Below are positions 37,939 through 47,987 of a stretch of 64,000 nucleotides of DNA, piece after piece. Source of the DNA: an uncultured Verrucomicrobiota bacterium (lineage in GTDB: Bacteria; Verrucomicrobiota; Kiritimatiellia; CAIQIC01; Lenti-01); contig CAYNSH010000001.1 in NCBI GenBank assembly GCA_964399775.1, positions 56,370-120,369 on the forward strand. The letters run 5' to 3'. A model generated the notes under the pieces. That model had not been told where the DNA came from. It worked only from the letters and a program-made list of their open reading frames with translations, and made no database searches. The translations under genes were made by a program, and so were the position numbers. Numbering within the stretch: position 1 is the first letter of the stretch; each line of letters begins with the position of its first letter.

Positions 37939-39842
37939 CGCTCGAAGCCATCCTGAAATATCCCGCAGTATTCCTGGCGGGCCTGCTGGCCGCGCTGGTG
38001 GTGACGCCGCTCTGGCGGCGCCTTGCGCCGCGCCTGGGCTTTCTCGATCGTCCGGGCGAGCGGAAAATCCATCGCCAGGCCGTGCCGCGCGGCGGCGGCC
38101 TCGCGCTGTTCATCGGCTTCCATGTAGCCTGCGCCATCGTCTTCCTCGTGCCGTGGAAGCCGTTTGCGGGTCAACTGTCCATCGGCTGGTGGTTTCGCTT
38201 CCTGCCGCTGAGCGCGGGGGTGGTGGCGCTGGGCCTGCTCGACGACCGGTTCGACTTGAAGCCGCTGACCAAACTGGCGGGGCAGATCGCGCTGGCCGCC
38301 GCCACCTATGCCCTCGGCATCCGGCTCCAAAACATCCTGGGAATGGCTATGCCCGGCTGGGTGGATTTCGTCGCCACCCTCTTCTGGTTTGTCGCGCTGA
38401 TGAACGCCTTCAACCTGATCGACGGGCTCGATGGCCTGGCCACCGGCATCGCCCTGATCGCCGCCACCGGCATCGGGCTTTCGCTGGTATTTCGCGGCGA
38501 ACCCGGCGATGTGCTGCTGTTCATGGGCTTTGCCGGCGCCTGCCTCGGGTTCCTGCGCTACAATTACTACCCCGCCAATGTGTTTCTGGGCGATACCGGC
38601 AGCCTGTTTCTGGGCTTCACCTTGGCGGCCTTGTCGATATCGACGAACTCGAAAGCCTCGTTCATGGCCGGCATCGGCGTCCCGATGCTGGCCGTTGGCG
38701 TGCCGCTGTTCGACGCGGTGCTGGCCGTTTGGCGCCGCACCGCCCGCCGCCTTCTGTCCCGGGCCCCCGGAGAGGATGAAGCGCCGGGAATCGAGCGGGC
38801 CGATGCCGACCACCTGCACCACCGCCTCCTGAAGCGGGGGCGCGGCCAACATCAGGTGGCCTGGCTGCTCTATGCCGCCACCTTTGCCCTGGTGATCGTG
38901 GGGCTGCTGGCCAGTATCTTCAACGACCGCGCCCTCGGAATCCTGGTTCTGGCCTTCCTGCTGGCCGCCTACACCATCGTTCGCCACCTGGCCGACATCG
39001 AATTGCGCGAAAGCGGCAAGGTCGTGTTGCAGGGGCTTTCCCGTCCCGTCCGCCGCAATCGAACCCTGATCCTCTACCTGTTCGGAGATCTCCTGATCCT
39101 GAGCCTGGCTCTTCTCGCGGCCCACTATCTGTTGCAGGGGCAGGACCGCCTGTCGGATGTCTGGCTCAAGCGGGTTTGGCTGCGCGCCGGTCCCCTGGAT
39201 GTCTTCATCCCCTTCGCCTTGCTGCTGCTGTTTCGCTCCTACTCCCGCGTCTGGTATCTCGCGCGCGTGTCGGAATATGCCGCCACCGGCCTGGCGGTGG
39301 TGCTGGGCTATGCCGTCGCTTTCGGGGTACGTTGGCTGGGCGCGCCGGACCCCGCCGGGGCGGGGCATTCGGTCATCCGCTATTTCCTGATGGCCGGCAT
39401 GGCCGCGCCAGCCATCGTCATGACCCGCGCCGCTTTGCGGATGGTGCAAGACTACATGCCTCGATTGCTGCACGGCGTGGCGGCGCCCGGTGGCGCGCCG
39501 CCCGTGCGGGCCCTGGTTTGCGGCGCGGGATACCGCACCACGCTTTTCCTGCGCGAAATCGCTTTCCGAATCCGCGATCAAGTGCCGTTGGAGATCGTCG
39601 GCTTGATCAGCGAAGATCCGGCCATTGCCGGCCACGACGTCCACGGCATCCGCGTCCTCGGCACCTGCCACGAACTGCCCGCGCTGATCCGGCTCCATCG
39701 CGTGGATACCCTGTATCTGGTCGAACCCGTCGACGAGGTAGGCCTCCAGCAGATATTTCGCTTGTTGCAACAAGTGAAATTGCGTGTCATCCGCTGGGAC
39801 ATCGTCGAGACGGAACTGTCGACTCATGAGAACATACCGTAA
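37935..39842 (+). CDS. Initiating polyprenyl-phosphate sugar-1-phosphate transferase (WecA/MraY/WbpL family) with a C-terminal CoA-binding-like extension.
   Basis: NAFNLIDGLDGLATG and NVFLGDTGSLFLGF are the MraY/WecA motifs. 11 TM segments. The C-terminus has LVCGAGYRTTLFLREI…. Confidence 0.8.
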   Translation: MTLEAILKYPAVFLAGLLAALVVTPLWRRLAPRLGFLDRPGERKIHRQAVPRGGGLALFIGFHVACAIVFLVPWKPFAGQLSIGWWFRFLPLSAGVVALGLLDDRFDLKPLTKLAGQIALAAATYALGIRLQNILGMAMPGWVDFVATLFWFVALMNAFNLIDGLDGLATGIALIAATGIGLSLVFRGEPGDVLLFMGFAGACLGFLRYNYYPANVFLGDTGSLFLGFTLAALSISTNSKASFMAGIGVPMLAVGVPLFDAVLAVWRRTARRLLSRAPGEDEAPGIERADADHLHHRLLKRGRGQHQVAWLLYAATFALVIVGLLASIFNDRALGILVLAFLLAAYTIVRHLADIELRESGKVVLQGLSRPVRRNRTLILYLFGDLLILSLALLAAHYLLQGQDRLSDVWLKRVWLRAGPLDVFIPFALLLLFRSYSRVWYLARVSEYAATGLAVVLGYAVAFGVRWLGAPDPAGAGHSVIRYFLMAGMAAPAIVMTRAALRMVQDYMPRLLHGVAAPGGAPPVRALVCGAGYRTTLFLREIAFRIRDQVPLEIVGLISEDPAIAGHDVHGIRVLGTCHELPALIRLHRVDTLYLVEPVDEVGLQQIFRLLQQVKLRVIRWDIVETELSTHENIP

Positions 39843-39941
39843 TACCACGGCTCACCCGGAGGGTTCGCCCTACCCAAGACGTCGAGAGGGTTTGGGGTAG
39901 GGCGAGGCATCCCTGCCGAGCCGGTCTCCAAGATTCCGCCC

Positions 39942-41099
39942 ATGCCAATGCAAGAGTCTAACCCAGTCGCTCGTCTGCTGGTCAACGCGCTCTCGGTGAC
40001 GAACCAAAGCGGCCTGCATGTGCTCCTGGGCCACATGGACCAGGTGGCGGACGCCCTGGCCGGAAGCGTCCGGCTCGTCGTGGTGTGCCGCAAGGACATG
40101 GCCGGCTTGCGCCGCGGGCTGGAGGGCCGCGCGGACTGGGAATTCGCGCCCGCCGCGACCCGCCGTTGGCTGTTCCGCGCCGCGTGGGAGCGAGTGAACC
40201 TCGCGCGGATCGCGCGCCGCCACCAGGCGTTCGCCTATTTCACTCCCAACGGCATCGCCGCGCATCTGCCACCGCAGATCAAGCAAATCGTTTTCTGCCA
40301 GAATCCCTGGGCGCTGGTGTCCGCCGCCCGCCGCCGGCGGGATGCGCCCAAGGCGGGACTCCAGCGCCGCGCCTATCGCCGCGCCATGCGCGTGGCGGAG
40401 GCCATGGTCTTCAACTCCCGCTACATGCAGGAGGCTTACCGCGCCAACGCCGGCTTCGAGGAAAAGCGCGGACTCGTCGTCCACCAGGCCGCGGACGACG
40501 CCGTCCGGGCGCGCGCCACGGAGGCGGCGGACATTCCGCGCCGGCGCGAACAGATCCTCAGCGTCTCCGCCATGGCGCCGCACAAGAACGCCGAGACGCT
40601 GGTGCGGGCGATTGCCATCGTCCGCACCACGCAACCGCAAGCCCGCCTCGTGCTCGCCGGTGCCTGGCCCGATGCCGGATACGAGCGCAGAATCCGTAGG
40701 TTGGCCGCGGCCATCGACCAGGGCGACGCCGTCGAATTCACTGGCCACGTCTCGCGGGAAAAGCTGGATCAACTGTATGCCGAGTCGCGCGTGTTTGGCC
40801 TGATGAGCCGGTGCGAATCGTTCGGCATTCCCGCCATCGAGGCGCAGCTCTTCGGGATCCCCGTCGTCACCTCCACCGTCTGCGCCATGCCCGAGATCGG
40901 CGGCGCCGGCGGGGTCTACCGCGATCCCGACGACATTCCCGGCATCGCCGCCGCGCTGAACCGTTTGCTCGACGACGACGCGGAGTGGGCGAGGCTTTCG
41001 GCCTTGGCCCGGATCAACGCAGAGCGTTTTGCCTGGAGCCGTTGCTCCCGCCCGCTGGTGGATCTCTTCGCGGAACTGGCCGGGGTGGTGGATACGTGA
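39942..41099 (+). CDS. Family 4 glycosyltransferase.
   Basis: …VFGLMSRCESFGIPAIEAQLFGIPVVTSTVCAMPEIGG. Confidence 0.7.
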   Translation: MPMQESNPVARLLVNALSVTNQSGLHVLLGHMDQVADALAGSVRLVVVCRKDMAGLRRGLEGRADWEFAPAATRRWLFRAAWERVNLARIARRHQAFAYFTPNGIAAHLPPQIKQIVFCQNPWALVSAARRRRDAPKAGLQRRAYRRAMRVAEAMVFNSRYMQEAYRANAGFEEKRGLVVHQAADDAVRARATEAADIPRRREQILSVSAMAPHKNAETLVRAIAIVRTTQPQARLVLAGAWPDAGYERRIRRLAAAIDQGDAVEFTGHVSREKLDQLYAESRVFGLMSRCESFGIPAIEAQLFGIPVVTSTVCAMPEIGGAGGVYRDPDDIPGIAAALNRLLDDDAEWARLSALARINAERFAWSRCSRPLVDLFAELAGVVDT

Positions 41100-41118
41100 A
41101 GAGGAGGTCGCAGATGGC

Positions 41119-41988
41119 ATGAGAACAACGATGAACCCAAAATGGCGGTGGGCCTTGTGTGGACTGGTCCTGGCCGCGGGGCTGTCGGCGGGTTGCAGCG
41201 GCAGCAATGACGACGAGGAGGATCCCGTCCTGGATGGATTGGGGGCCGGCGACGCCGGGAATCCCCTGGCCGCCTATTTCCCCGATGGATTGCACCCCAA
41301 CAGCAAGGCGAACGACATCATCGCGGGGCAGTTTGCCAAGCATATTCCTTCCGCCGGCAAGTCGGCAGCCAGGAACGGGGCGGATGCCGGCGGCGATGCG
41401 CCGGCCGAAGTTGATGACGTGGCTGGACTGCCCGACGGCGACGACGCCGGCGGGGATCCGGGGGGAACCACCGACGGGGAATCGGCCGGCGGCGCCCAAA
41501 CGGGCGGCGGTGACCAGTCGGGCGGTGGCGACGGGGGGGCAGGCGGAGGAACCTCGCCCCCCGCGGGCAACACCGGTTCGGTGGTCTGCCTGGGCGACAG
41601 CATTACGCAGTCGGGGTATCCCGATGTCTTGGCCCGCCGGACCGGACGGGCCGTGATCAATGCGGGAATCGCCGGGGAAGCCAGCGGTCGGGGCGCTCAA
41701 CGCGTAGAGGCCTTGCTGTCCACCTATCGCCCCTCCTATCTGTGTGTGCTATATGGCGCCAATGACGTGATCGGCGGCAAGGCCACTCCCCAGGAAGTGG
41801 CCGCCAATCTGGAATCGATCGTCCGGGCGGCCCGGGCCAACGGAACGGTGGTCATTGTGGGGACCCTGACCCCGATGTCCGGCCGTCGCGAGCCGTATGC
41901 CAACGATGCCCGCGCGGTCAGCGCCGCCATCCGTTCCATGGTCTCCCGCAGCGGAGCGCGTCTGGCCGACCTGGAAAAGGCCTTCTGA
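41119..41988 (+). CDS. Secreted lipoprotein SGNH/GDSL hydrolase with a Gly/Asp-rich linker.
   Basis: Lipobox LSAGC. VVCLGDSITQSGYP…LYGANDV. Confidence 0.65.
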   Translation: MRTTMNPKWRWALCGLVLAAGLSAGCSGSNDDEEDPVLDGLGAGDAGNPLAAYFPDGLHPNSKANDIIAGQFAKHIPSAGKSAARNGADAGGDAPAEVDDVAGLPDGDDAGGDPGGTTDGESAGGAQTGGGDQSGGGDGGAGGGTSPPAGNTGSVVCLGDSITQSGYPDVLARRTGRAVINAGIAGEASGRGAQRVEALLSTYRPSYLCVLYGANDVIGGKATPQEVAANLESIVRAARANGTVVIVGTLTPMSGRREPYANDARAVSAAIRSMVSRSGARLADLEKAF

Positions 41989-42043
41989 GCCAACCAGCCA
42001 CGCAAGATGACCAACGGCGAACCTCCCGCTTTTGGAATTCGGG

Positions 42044-43120
42044 TCAACGCCGGCCGTAGAGCATTCCCCGGATCGGACGCAAGGGCCAATACAGGAAGCG
42101 CAGCGCCGCGGGCAGCGCCATCCAGAGAAAATCGCCATCACCGGGGATGAAGATCCGCCGCATGAGATAGATTCGCTTTTCCGCGCCGGTCATGAACTGT
42201 TCGTGAAAAGCGCGGAGTTCGGGACCATGCAGCGCGCGTTGGGTTCCATCGAGCAGCCGGACGGCCTGGTCCACGATGGATTCGGGCGCACGGGCCGCGC
42301 AAATCCCCGGGCCGAACAACGCCTCCGCCAGCGCGCCGCTTGTCGACAGCGCTTGCCGGGCGCAAGCGCAGGATGCCGCCCATTCCATCGCCTGAGAGAA
42401 GGCCTCCGGATGCCGTACGAGCAGCCCCGCGATATCGGCCATCCAAGACAGCCGGGCCCAGCCATGCCAAATCGCATGCAGCGAGCAAAGCAGCAGGTGC
42501 AGGGACGGCGACGGGGCGCGCACGGTCCGATGATCCAGCGGTTGGCGGATAAATGCCGAATTCCGCTGCGCGTCCAATCCGCTCGGCCAGGGATAGTGCG
42601 GGGCCATGAACCGGAATTTGAACTCGACCAGGAATCCCTCCGGATGGCGGAAGGCCATCCCCCAGCCATAATGCCAGCGGTGGGCCCGCCGCCGGGCGTC
42701 CGCGAGGGCGGGCTGGTATCCGGCCCGCGCCATGCCGGCCTGGATCCGGTGGCCATCGCGCCGCGCGCACAGGAAATCCAGGTCGTCAAAACTTCGCAGG
42801 GCCGGGTCGGGCCAGGCCTGACGGGCCAGCGATGGCCCTTTGATCAGCGCGAGCGAGGGGATCGATGGCGAGAGCAACTCGAACAACCGCTCGGCTTCCG
42901 TCGTCCAGCGCGCCGAATGATGCGCCCTGCCGAAGGCCGCGGATTGCAGGGCCAGGCCCTCCTCCGGCAACCCCGCATGCAGCATGGCCTGGATGCGGTG
43001 GGCGTGGGCCCAGTCGTTCAGGTCTGCCGGCTGGAAATCGCCAAACGCCGGCGCCGGTCCGGCGTCCAATCCCTGGACCCGTCGGAACGACTCACGCGCG
43101 AAACAGAGAGGATTGTCCAT
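42044..43120 (-). CDS. Nucleotidyltransferase-family protein (NTP_transf_5-like, pol-beta superfamily).
   Basis: …LRSFDDLDFLCARRD… has the DxD core within a roughly 350-aa all-alpha protein, typical of this family. Confidence 0.5.
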   Translation of the reverse strand: MDNPLCFARESFRRVQGLDAGPAPAFGDFQPADLNDWAHAHRIQAMLHAGLPEEGLALQSAAFGRAHHSARWTTEAERLFELLSPSIPSLALIKGPSLARQAWPDPALRSFDDLDFLCARRDGHRIQAGMARAGYQPALADARRRAHRWHYGWGMAFRHPEGFLVEFKFRFMAPHYPWPSGLDAQRNSAFIRQPLDHRTVRAPSPSLHLLLCSLHAIWHGWARLSWMADIAGLLVRHPEAFSQAMEWAASCACARQALSTSGALAEALFGPGICAARAPESIVDQAVRLLDGTQRALHGPELRAFHEQFMTGAEKRIYLMRRIFIPGDGDFLWMALPAALRFLYWPLRPIRGMLYGRR

Positions 43121-43437
43121 GGGCGCCTATTCCACACCCGATCGGTAAGTGAATGCAACAAGATCTGTCCCGCGGATGCCTGCGGCGGCCCACGGATGAA
43201 AAACCATTTCGATCGCCATTTGCGCATGGAAGCCCATCCATCTGTCAGGTGAGCCCAGTCGAGCCCCCCCTTCTCGTTTCGTATTCTTCATCCGTGGGAT
43301 TCTGGTTTTTATGAGGAATCTTGTCTTGCGCCCCATGGACATATCCTGGACTTGCCCGGGAAACTTTCCCGAGGCACAATTGGGCTGGACAGCAGGGGCG
43401 GGCTATGGCTCAATGCGCCGTTTTTTAACCAGACCCC

Positions 43438-43710
43438 ATGCAAACCAGACACGCCACCATTGCCAACGCCCAGGGGATCCATTGCCGTCCATCGGCATTG
43501 ATCGTGAAGGAATTCCAGGGCTATTCCGGCCAGGTCAAGATCACCAACGGCAATGGATCCTGTGATCTCAGCTCCATCATGCAACTGCTCTCGCTGGAAA
43601 TGCACAAGGGCAATGTGGTCACCGTCGAAGTCGAGGGCGAAAACGAATCCGCCATGGCCGACCGGCTGGCGGAAATGCTTCAAACCAACTTCGATTTTCC
43701 CCCGGCCTGA
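43438..43710 (+). CDS. ptsH: Phosphocarrier protein HPr.
   Basis: GIHCRPSALIV has the His-15 motif. GSCDLSSIMQLLSLEMHKG has the regulatory Ser-46 region. 90 aa. Confidence 0.8.
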   Translation: MQTRHATIANAQGIHCRPSALIVKEFQGYSGQVKITNGNGSCDLSSIMQLLSLEMHKGNVVTVEVEGENESAMADRLAEMLQTNFDFPPA

Positions 43711-44852
43711 GCGGAGTCCCTTCGTCGGGACGGGCCCGGCTTCTCGAACGCAAACCGGTAGGCCTTCAGCCCCAGCGCGTCGCGCATGGCGATCATTTCC
43801 AGCCGGGTCTCGCGGTTGACGGGGACGCCATTGCGCAACCGCTCGCACTCGGTCAGGTATTCTTTTTCTCCGGCGGTATAAATGCGCTTGGCGCCGGGCA
43901 TCTTGCGCGAGGCGCGGAGCTGGCGCAAGATCTCGCCGGCGGTCTTCTTGAAGGCGATCAGCGGCGTGAAGTGCCGGATGTCGATGGCCAGAAAGAAGTG
44001 GCCAATGGGACAGGGGGCGGGGTTGCCGTTGCGGTCGCGCCCGCTGAGCATGTGCAGGAAGGCGCCCTGTTGCAGGGCCGCGCACAGGATTTCCACGGCC
44101 GTCGCATAGCCATAGCCCTTGTAGCCGGACCACTCTTCTCCGGCGCCGCCGAGCGGCAGCAGCGCCGCCTGGCCGCGGAGCAGATCCTCCAGCACCTGGT
44201 GCGGATCGGTGCGGGCGGAACCGTCCGGCCCGATCACCCACCCGGACGACAGCGGCTTGTCCAGCTTGGCATGCACTTCGACTTTGCCGCGCTGAATGGT
44301 CGATGTGGCGCAATCCAGCAGAAACGGGAACGGCTCATCCGTGGGCATGCCGAAGGTCAGGGGATTGGTCCCCAGCATGTTTTGCGTTCCAAAGGTCGGC
44401 GCCATGGAAGGCCGCGCATTGGTGCCCGTGATTCCGATCATGCCCGCCCGGACCGCCATCAGCGGATAATAGCCTGCGATGCCGTAATGGGTGGAGTTGC
44501 GCACCGCCACCATGCCCAGGCCATGGGTTTTCGCCTTGCGGATCGCCAGCGCCATCGCTTTTTTGGCCACGACGTGACCCATGCCGTTGCCACCGTCGAG
44601 TACGGCCGTCGCCCCCGCGTCCGCGATCTTTCGCAGACGGGTCCGGGGATGCTGGATCCCCTGCCGGATGCGGTCGTAGTAGATCGGCTTCAAGCGAGAA
44701 ATCCCATGCGAATCAAATCCCAACCGGTCGGCGGCGGCCAACACATCCGCGCAGATGGCGGCATCGGCCTTCGGCACCCCCAGACCGATGAATACGTCGC
44801 GCATGAAGCACTGTAGGGTATCCAGGGGTATGCGGGCGGATTTAGATTTCAT
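43680..44852 (-). CDS. Ldh_2-family (malate/L-lactate/sulfolactate dehydrogenase type 2) oxidoreductase.
   Basis: …LGFDSHGISRLKPIYYDRI…VRNSTHYGIAGYY…. Start at MKSKS (codon 41 of ORF 43680..44972), 8 nt after AGGAGA. Confidence 0.65.
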   Translation of the reverse strand: MKSKSARIPLDTLQCFMRDVFIGLGVPKADAAICADVLAAADRLGFDSHGISRLKPIYYDRIRQGIQHPRTRLRKIADAGATAVLDGGNGMGHVVAKKAMALAIRKAKTHGLGMVAVRNSTHYGIAGYYPLMAVRAGMIGITGTNARPSMAPTFGTQNMLGTNPLTFGMPTDEPFPFLLDCATSTIQRGKVEVHAKLDKPLSSGWVIGPDGSARTDPHQVLEDLLRGQAALLPLGGAGEEWSGYKGYGYATAVEILCAALQQGAFLHMLSGRDRNGNPAPCPIGHFFLAIDIRHFTPLIAFKKTAGEILRQLRASRKMPGAKRIYTAGEKEYLTECERLRNGVPVNRETRLEMIAMRDALGLKAYRFAFEKPGPSRRRDSAQAGGKSKLV

Positions 44853-44973
44853 AAACATGTCTCCTGACGATCGAAGGTAGGCTACTGGCAAAACGGGGTC
44901 AAGTGAAGGGATGGGCCCCGGTTGCGAAAAGCCCGCTATCCTCTTCTCAGGCCACGCTTCATCGATCAACAAT

Positions 44974-44996
44974 AAAATGTTTAATTAAACATTTGA
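44974..44996. promoter_or_regulatory. 18-bp perfect palindrome AATGTTTAATTAAACATT, operator-like site 1.
   Basis: Seen in sequence. AT-rich in a GC-rich genome. Repeated at 45084-45106. Confidence 0.55.
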
Positions 44997-45083
44997 TGCG
45001 AATAACGGCCAAGATAATTGAAATATTCATTGTAACGCCAATTCTATGAGATAGATAAAGTACAAGCAGGTTAAGCCATGACT

Positions 45084-45106
45084 TCAATGTTTAATTAAAC
45101 ATTTTA
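45084..45106. promoter_or_regulatory. Second copy of the AATGTTTAATTAAACATT palindrome, about 110 bp from the first and about 85 bp upstream of the PaaK-like gene.
   Basis: Seen in sequence. Confidence 0.55.
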
Positions 45107-45187
45107 TAGACCTTGTTGGACGGTATCCGCAGTATGGCGGGTTTCGGATTGAAGCGCATCCCTCCGAGCGGGTAGAGTGGGCGGCCT

Positions 45188-46519
45188 ATGAAGAACGCCA
45201 CAAGACCCGCGAATCGCATTTGGAATCCGGCCTGCGAATGCCTGCCGCGAAAAGAATTGAACGCGCTCCAACTCGACCGCTTGAAACAGGTAGTGCGGCT
45301 GGCCTGGGAGAAGGTGCCCTACTATCGCGCCAAGATGGAGGCGGCCGGCCTGCGGCCCGACGAGATCCGTTCGCTGGCGGACCTTCCCAAGCTGCCGTTC
45401 ACCACCAAGGATGACCTGCGCGGCTGTTTTCCCTACAAGGCCTTCGCGGTGCCGATGGAGGAGGTGATCCGGATCCATGCGTCGTCGGGAACAACTGGGC
45501 AGGCCACCGTCGTGGGCTATACCCGCGGGGACATGGAAACCTGGACCGAGCTGATGGCGCGCCTGCAGACCGCCGCCGGGGTGACCAACGCCGACATCGT
45601 CCAGATCGCCTTCGGCTACGGCTTCTTTACCGGCGGCCTGGGGCACCACTATGGCGTGGAATGCGTGGGCGCGGCGGTGCTGCCCGTCTCCTCCGGCCGC
45701 AGCGAGCGCCAGATCCAGATCATGAAGGACTACCAGTCCACCGTCCTGATCTGCACCCCCTCCTACGGCATGTACCTCGGCGAGTTGATCGACAAGCTGG
45801 GCGCCGCCGGCGACATCCGCCTGCGCCTGGGACTCTTTGGCGGCGAGGCCTGGACCGACGCCATGCGCCAGGCCCTCCAGAAGCATCTCGGCGTCTTCGC
45901 CACCGACAACTACGGCCTCAGTGAGGTGATGGGGCCCGGCGTTTCCTGCGAGTGCGTCGAACAAAACGGCATGCACATTGCCGAAGATCATTTCCTGCCG
46001 GAGTGGATCGATTCGCAAAGCGGCGAACCGGCGCCGGATCCCTCCGGTGCCGGCGGCGAACTGGGCATCACCACCTTGACGAAAGAGGCCATCCCCGTCA
46101 TCCGCTACCGCACCCGCGACCTGTGCACCCTCCTGCCCGGCGAGTGCCCCTGCGGGCGCACCGGCCGGCGCATGAGCAAGGTGTCGGCGCGCAGCGACGA
46201 CATGCTCATCATTCGCGGGGTGAATGTCTATCCGCAGCAGATCGAGGAGGCCCTGCTGGCGATCGAGGGCGTGGCCCCGCACTACCAGATCGTCGTCAGC
46301 CGCCAGGGCGCGCTCGACGAACTGGAAGTGCTCGTCGAAGTGACGGAACACCTGTTCTTCGACGAAATGACCAAGCAGCAGAAGTTCAAGGAGATGATCG
46401 AGCACAAGCTGGCGACCTCGCTGGCGGTGCATGCCAAGGTGCGCCTGGTCGAGCCGGGCCACACGCCGCGATCGGAAGGCAAGGCCGTCCGGGTGATCGA
46501 CCAGCGCCCCAAGGGTTGA
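45188..46519 (+). CDS. Phenylacetate-CoA ligase (PaaK/F390-synthetase) family adenylate-forming enzyme.
   Basis: KVPYYRAKMEAAGLRP…IRIHASSGTTGQATVVGYT…YGLSE match the PaaK family. Confidence 0.75.
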   Translation: MKNATRPANRIWNPACECLPRKELNALQLDRLKQVVRLAWEKVPYYRAKMEAAGLRPDEIRSLADLPKLPFTTKDDLRGCFPYKAFAVPMEEVIRIHASSGTTGQATVVGYTRGDMETWTELMARLQTAAGVTNADIVQIAFGYGFFTGGLGHHYGVECVGAAVLPVSSGRSERQIQIMKDYQSTVLICTPSYGMYLGELIDKLGAAGDIRLRLGLFGGEAWTDAMRQALQKHLGVFATDNYGLSEVMGPGVSCECVEQNGMHIAEDHFLPEWIDSQSGEPAPDPSGAGGELGITTLTKEAIPVIRYRTRDLCTLLPGECPCGRTGRRMSKVSARSDDMLIIRGVNVYPQQIEEALLAIEGVAPHYQIVVSRQGALDELEVLVEVTEHLFFDEMTKQQKFKEMIEHKLATSLAVHAKVRLVEPGHTPRSEGKAVRVIDQRPKG

Positions 46520-46540
46520 GGGGCCGGGACATGCGGCGCA

Positions 46541-47251
46541 ATGGAAACGGCTGAAAGCCTGCGGGGGAAGGTGGCGCTGGTGACGGCCGGCGCCCGGCGC
46601 ATCGGGGCGTCCATCTGCCGCGAGCTGGCGGCGCGCGGCGCCAGCGTGGTTGTGCATTACCACCACTCCGAGGGCGAGGCGCTCGCGTTGAACCGCTCGC
46701 TGGGTCGCGGCGTGTTTTCGGTGCGCGGCGACCTGTCCACCGCCCAGGGCTGCGAATGGGTCTTCCACGAAGCCGTCGAATGGATGGGGCGGGTGGATAT
46801 TCTGGTCAACAACGCCTCGCTTTTCGCCCGCGACGGCGAAATGGAGCCGCCGGCCCTGCGCGCCATCAACGTCGAGGCTCCCCTGCACCTCGCGGGGAGG
46901 GTGGCCGCGCAACCGTCCGGCGGATGCGTCATCCATCTGCTCGACAGCCGCATCGCCCGCGCGGAACCAGGCGGTTTCTCCGCCTACGCCGCGACCAAGC
47001 GCGAACTGGCCGAGTCGGTGCCGCGCTGCGCCCGCGAATGGGCCCCGCGCGTCCGCGTCAACGGCGTCGCCCCCGGCCCCGTCCTGGCGCCGGAAGGCGT
47101 CCGCGAACCCGCCGGCGACCTCCCCCTCGGGCGGCGACCCGATCCCGAAGACGTCGCCCGCGCCGTCGCGTTTCTTGCCGAAGCCGGCGCCGTTACCGGT
47201 CAAATCCTGTTTGTCGACGGCGGGCAGCATCTGGGGAATAAGCTGGAATGA
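46541..47251 (+). CDS. SDR-family oxidoreductase.
   Basis: GKVALVTAGARRIGASI (TGxxxGxG-like) and NNAS…YAATK are the catalytic YxxxK elements. Confidence 0.75.
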   Translation: METAESLRGKVALVTAGARRIGASICRELAARGASVVVHYHHSEGEALALNRSLGRGVFSVRGDLSTAQGCEWVFHEAVEWMGRVDILVNNASLFARDGEMEPPALRAINVEAPLHLAGRVAAQPSGGCVIHLLDSRIARAEPGGFSAYAATKRELAESVPRCAREWAPRVRVNGVAPGPVLAPEGVREPAGDLPLGRRPDPEDVARAVAFLAEAGAVTGQILFVDGGQHLGNKLE

Positions 47252-47295
47252 TGGAATGTGGGAATGCTGGAATGTGGGAATGATGGAATAATGGA
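47252..47295. repeat. (TGGAATGN)n tandem array, the GGAAT orientation of the ATTCC family.
   Basis: gatggaatgtgggaatgctggaatgtgggaatgatggaataatgg. Confidence 0.75.
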
Positions 47296-47304
47296 TTGCT
47301 GAAA

Positions 47305-47952
47305 ATGCGAAAGACCCGGGCAGTCGCAACATACGAAGAGATACCCATCCAGGACCGCATCCTGACCCTCCGCGGGGAGAAGGTCATGCTGGATACGGAC
47401 TTGGCGGAACTTTACGGCGTTGCCACCAAGGTTTTGAACCAGGCCGTGAAGCGAAATACCGATAAATTTCCGGCCGACTTCATGTTTCAGCTTACACCGC
47501 AGGAGATTGCGGTCTTGAAGTCACAAATTGTGACTTCAAGTTTTGGATACATGCGGACGCAAACTAAGTCCGCATCAGGTCACGGTGGCCGAAGGAAAAT
47601 ACCGTTTGCTTTCACCGAGCATGGGGCGATCATGGCGGCGACAGTGCTGAACAGCCCGCGGGCCGTTCAAATGAGCGTGTTCGTGGTTCGGGCGTTTGTT
47701 CGCATGCGCGCGGCTTTTTCGGACACGACGGCGCTGGCGCGCAAGCTGGCCGAGCTGGAGCGCGAGGTGAAGGCCCGGCTCGATACCCACGATACCGCCA
47801 TCATAGATATCCTGCGCCGGTTCATGGAACTCCTCGATCCGCCGGTCCCCCCTGATCCCCCGCCGAAGCCCATCGGCTTCGGCGTGAAGGAAAAGCCGGG
47901 AAGCTACCGGACGCGAAAGACAGCAGGCGGTAAGCGGCAGGTGGTAGAATGA
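47305..47952 (+). CDS. ORF6N-domain protein (KilA-N-related DNA-binding protein, often linked to mobile elements).
   Basis: IPIQDRILTLRGEKVMLDTDLAELYGVATKVLNQAVKRNTDKFPADFMFQLTPQE. Confidence 0.7.
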   Translation: MRKTRAVATYEEIPIQDRILTLRGEKVMLDTDLAELYGVATKVLNQAVKRNTDKFPADFMFQLTPQEIAVLKSQIVTSSFGYMRTQTKSASGHGGRRKIPFAFTEHGAIMAATVLNSPRAVQMSVFVVRAFVRMRAAFSDTTALARKLAELEREVKARLDTHDTAIIDILRRFMELLDPPVPPDPPPKPIGFGVKEKPGSYRTRKTAGGKRQVVE

Positions 47953-47987
47953 GCGCAATCCCGGCGATGAAGGCAGTCGATGAACAT

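Noticed and set aside
43121-43437. Possible tRNA or small RNA in the 317-bp gap upstream of HPr.
   Set aside because: I could not fold a cloverleaf or find a conserved T-loop (GTTCRANYC) by eye. It is likely just a divergent promoter region.
45104-47332. 742-aa minus ORF antisense to the PaaK-like and SDR genes, and similar long antisense ORFs at 47904-50669 and 51128-53947.
   Set aside because: No domains. They oppose genes with strong homology signatures.
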